A stretch of 63,974 nucleotides of DNA, counting the filler, from Octopus bimaculoides (Eukaryota), in assembly GCF_001194135.2 (NCBI RefSeq). It is 6 parts of 6 records of this genome, joined end to end, with 100 filler letters (N's around TTAATTAATTAA, not from the genome) between each part and the next. Parts side by side here need not be neighbours in the genome. Positions count along the whole stretch, not along the records: positions 61,544 to 63,974 come from NC_068989.1; 5 more parts are not named here. One strand, given 5' to 3'. The translations under genes were made by a program, and so were the position numbers. The notes beneath the pieces were generated by a model. That model was not told where the DNA came from. It ran no database searches and saw nothing but the letters and a program-made list of their open reading frames with translations. Of the stretch, positions 62,056-63,974 are shown piece after piece (within the stretch, counting starts at the first letter, position 1; each line of letters opens with the position of its first letter).

Positions 62056-62362
62056 AAATTTCAATAATAAGGGTGAAAGATTGAATATTAATTTGATTAA
62101 TATCAATTTAAAACCAGTGGCTTAGCAAACTGAAAAATCTGAAGATTCAGAAAAATTATATTACATACATATAAGAGGGATGACCACTATAAGAGGGATG
62201 ACGAATTCTAGCAAAGGGGATGTCCACTTAGTGGTCATCCCTCTTATATGTATGTAATACAATTTTTCTGAATCTTCAGATTTTTCAGTCTGCTAGGCCA
62301 TTGGTTTTAAATTGATATTAATCAAATTAATATTCAATTTTTCACCCTTATTATTTAAATTT
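62056..62362. repeat. Fold-back element with arms of about 134 bp and a 39-bp spacer
   Basis: aaatttcaataataagggtgaaa...aagagggatgaccacta mirrored by tagtggtcatccctctt...ttcacccttattatttaaattt; the spacer contains an extra taagagggatgac. Confidence 0.9.
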
Positions 62363-63001
62363 AAATAACTATGTTCTCTAACCGGCAAAATTCACTGCAG
62401 AGAATTATTTTCTGCAGAATTATTTCTGGTATTTGGCGCACCAAAACGAAGACTTTTGAAATATAACCCCGAATGTAATTGGTAGAACTATATACATGTT
62501 CAATCTCATGCGGACGTCTCGTGTATAGTTCTGCAGTTTATATTGCAAAGGACGATCATACTGAAGAGTTGCAGACAATTACGTAAGCGGTTCCCAACGA
62601 AACCGGTCTATGATTNNNNNNNNNNNNNNNNNNNNNNNNNNNNNNNNNNNNNNNNNNNNNNNNNNNNNNNNNNNNNNNNNNNNNNNNNNNNNNNNNNNNN
62701 NNNNNNNNNNNNNNNNNNNNNNNNNNNNNNNNNNNNNNNNNNNNNNNNNNNNNNNNNNNNNNNNNNNNNNNNNNNNNNNNNNNNNNNNNNNNNNNNNNNN
62801 NNNNNNNNNNNNNNNNNNNNNNNNNNNNNNNNNNNNNNNNNNNNNNNNNNNNNNNNNNNNNNNNNNNNNNNNNNNNNNNNNNNNNNNNNNNNNNNNNNNN
62901 NNNNNNNNNNNNNNNNNNNNNNNNNNNNNNNNNNNNNNNNNNNNNNNNNNNNNNNNNNNNNNNNNNNNNNNNNNNNNNNNNNNNNNNNNNNNNNNNNNNN
63001 N

Positions 63002-63093
<92 letters not shown>

Positions 63094-63314
63094 ACTATTA
63101 TATCTATCTATCTATCTATCTATCTATTTATCTATACATGCATACATACATACATACATTCATACATAATGTGTATGCATCATAGATAACTCATACCCTC
63201 ATAAACAGACTCATGCACACACACACACACGCACACACACACAGACACACACACACACACATACACACACACACACTCTTTCTCTCTCTCGAATTATATA
63301 TACATTAGTATTAC

Positions 63315-63494
63315 CTTGACACGACGATAAACTAAAAGTTTGATTTTCAGTACACCGAATTGTATAAGGTCCTGTTAGGTTATATCCTTCATTACAACTA
63401 ATGTTGATAGTCTCATTGTATGGTACATCTTCGATCTGTGTAATGTTTACTTCTGGTATTTTATCAGAGAGGCCTATAATCGTGCAATTAAATT
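63315..63494 (-). CDS. Internal exon encoding one sushi/CCP (complement control protein) domain of an extracellular protein; upstream exons lie beyond the window end
   Basis: Minus strand: acceptor gttttgtctttttcag, donor CAAG|gtaata, 180 bp, phase 1-1. Translates to FNCTIIGLSDKIPEVNITQIEDVPYNETINISCNEGYNLTGPYTIRCTENQTFSLSSCQ with four Cys and the sushi-type C-x-x-GY...G...C pattern. Confidence 0.85.
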
Positions 63495-63601
63495 CTGAAA
63501 AAGACAAAACAAAAAAAAATGAAATATAACAAAAATAACGACAATATTCATAAATTATAAACGGTTTAATTAATTATCGAAATCAAAATGTAAAATGTAC
63601 A

Positions 63602-63931
63602 GGTGCCGGTTTGGCTGTGTGGTTTTGGGTTCAATCGCACTACGTGATATCTTCGGCAAACGTCTTCTACTACAGTCCGGGGGACAACCAATGTTTTATG
63701 AGGGAAATTTGCTGGACGGAAATTGTGTGGAAGCTTCTCATAAATCATAAATTTTATTTTAGAATTTATGGGAGCAATTGTCGTTGGATGCTCGAAATGA
63801 AGAGTAGACAGTAACTTGTCCTGTTTTTCATTTTTTCTCTCCCGTTCTTTGTGTATTTAACTCGTTTGTTTTCATATTTCATGTTATTTACACAGTTGCT
63901 GACGTTCTGTACCCGTATATGCATGTATATG

Positions 63932-63935
<4 letters not shown>
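63602..63935 (+). mobile_element. Diverged family D head followed by a family G segment
   Basis: ggctgtgtggttttgggttcaatcgcactacg...; agaatttatgggagcaattgtcgttggatgctcgaaatgaag...ctgtacccgtatatgcat. Confidence 0.6.

Positions 63936-63974
<39 letters not shown>

Noticed and set aside
209-63185. Numerous long ORFs in the track rich in CV/HT/YI/RE/LS or X
   Set aside because: They are translations of (TG)n, (CA)n, (TA)n and (GA)n microsatellites or of N gaps, not genes.

Overview
AT-rich, gap-ridden, microsatellite-laden animal DNA whose repeat content looks like a draft octopus (coleoid cephalopod) assembly; the species is inferred, not verified. Most of the window is retroposon and MITE sequence: (i) CORE-type tRNA-derived SINEs, Meta-domain-like SINEs and RTE-tailed SINEs; (ii) decayed CR1-, Tx1-, RTE- and R4/Dong-type LINE fragments; (iii) mariner and hAT MITEs, a probable non-autonomous Helitron, Penelope-like fragments and three long fold-back elements. 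The only well-supported host coding sequence is a 180-bp phase-1/1 sushi (CCP) exon on the minus strand at 63315-63494, with a plausible next exon at 58980-59128. Other exon candidates (12.3-14.4 kb minus; 35.7-50.3 kb plus) are weak. The most notable unexplained signals are a three-copy (TA)n-associated element carrying a variant minimal type I hammerhead-ribozyme fold, a CpG-decay domain at about 27-44.5 kb suggesting a methylated gene body with no identified gene, long hairpins in the sushi-gene intron, and a transposon end that creates a recursive-splice-like site. Nearly all long ORFs in the supplied track are artefacts of microsatellites or N gaps. Family letters (A, C, D, E, F, G, H) are my own labels, and repeat boundaries were read by eye (+/- 10-30 bp).
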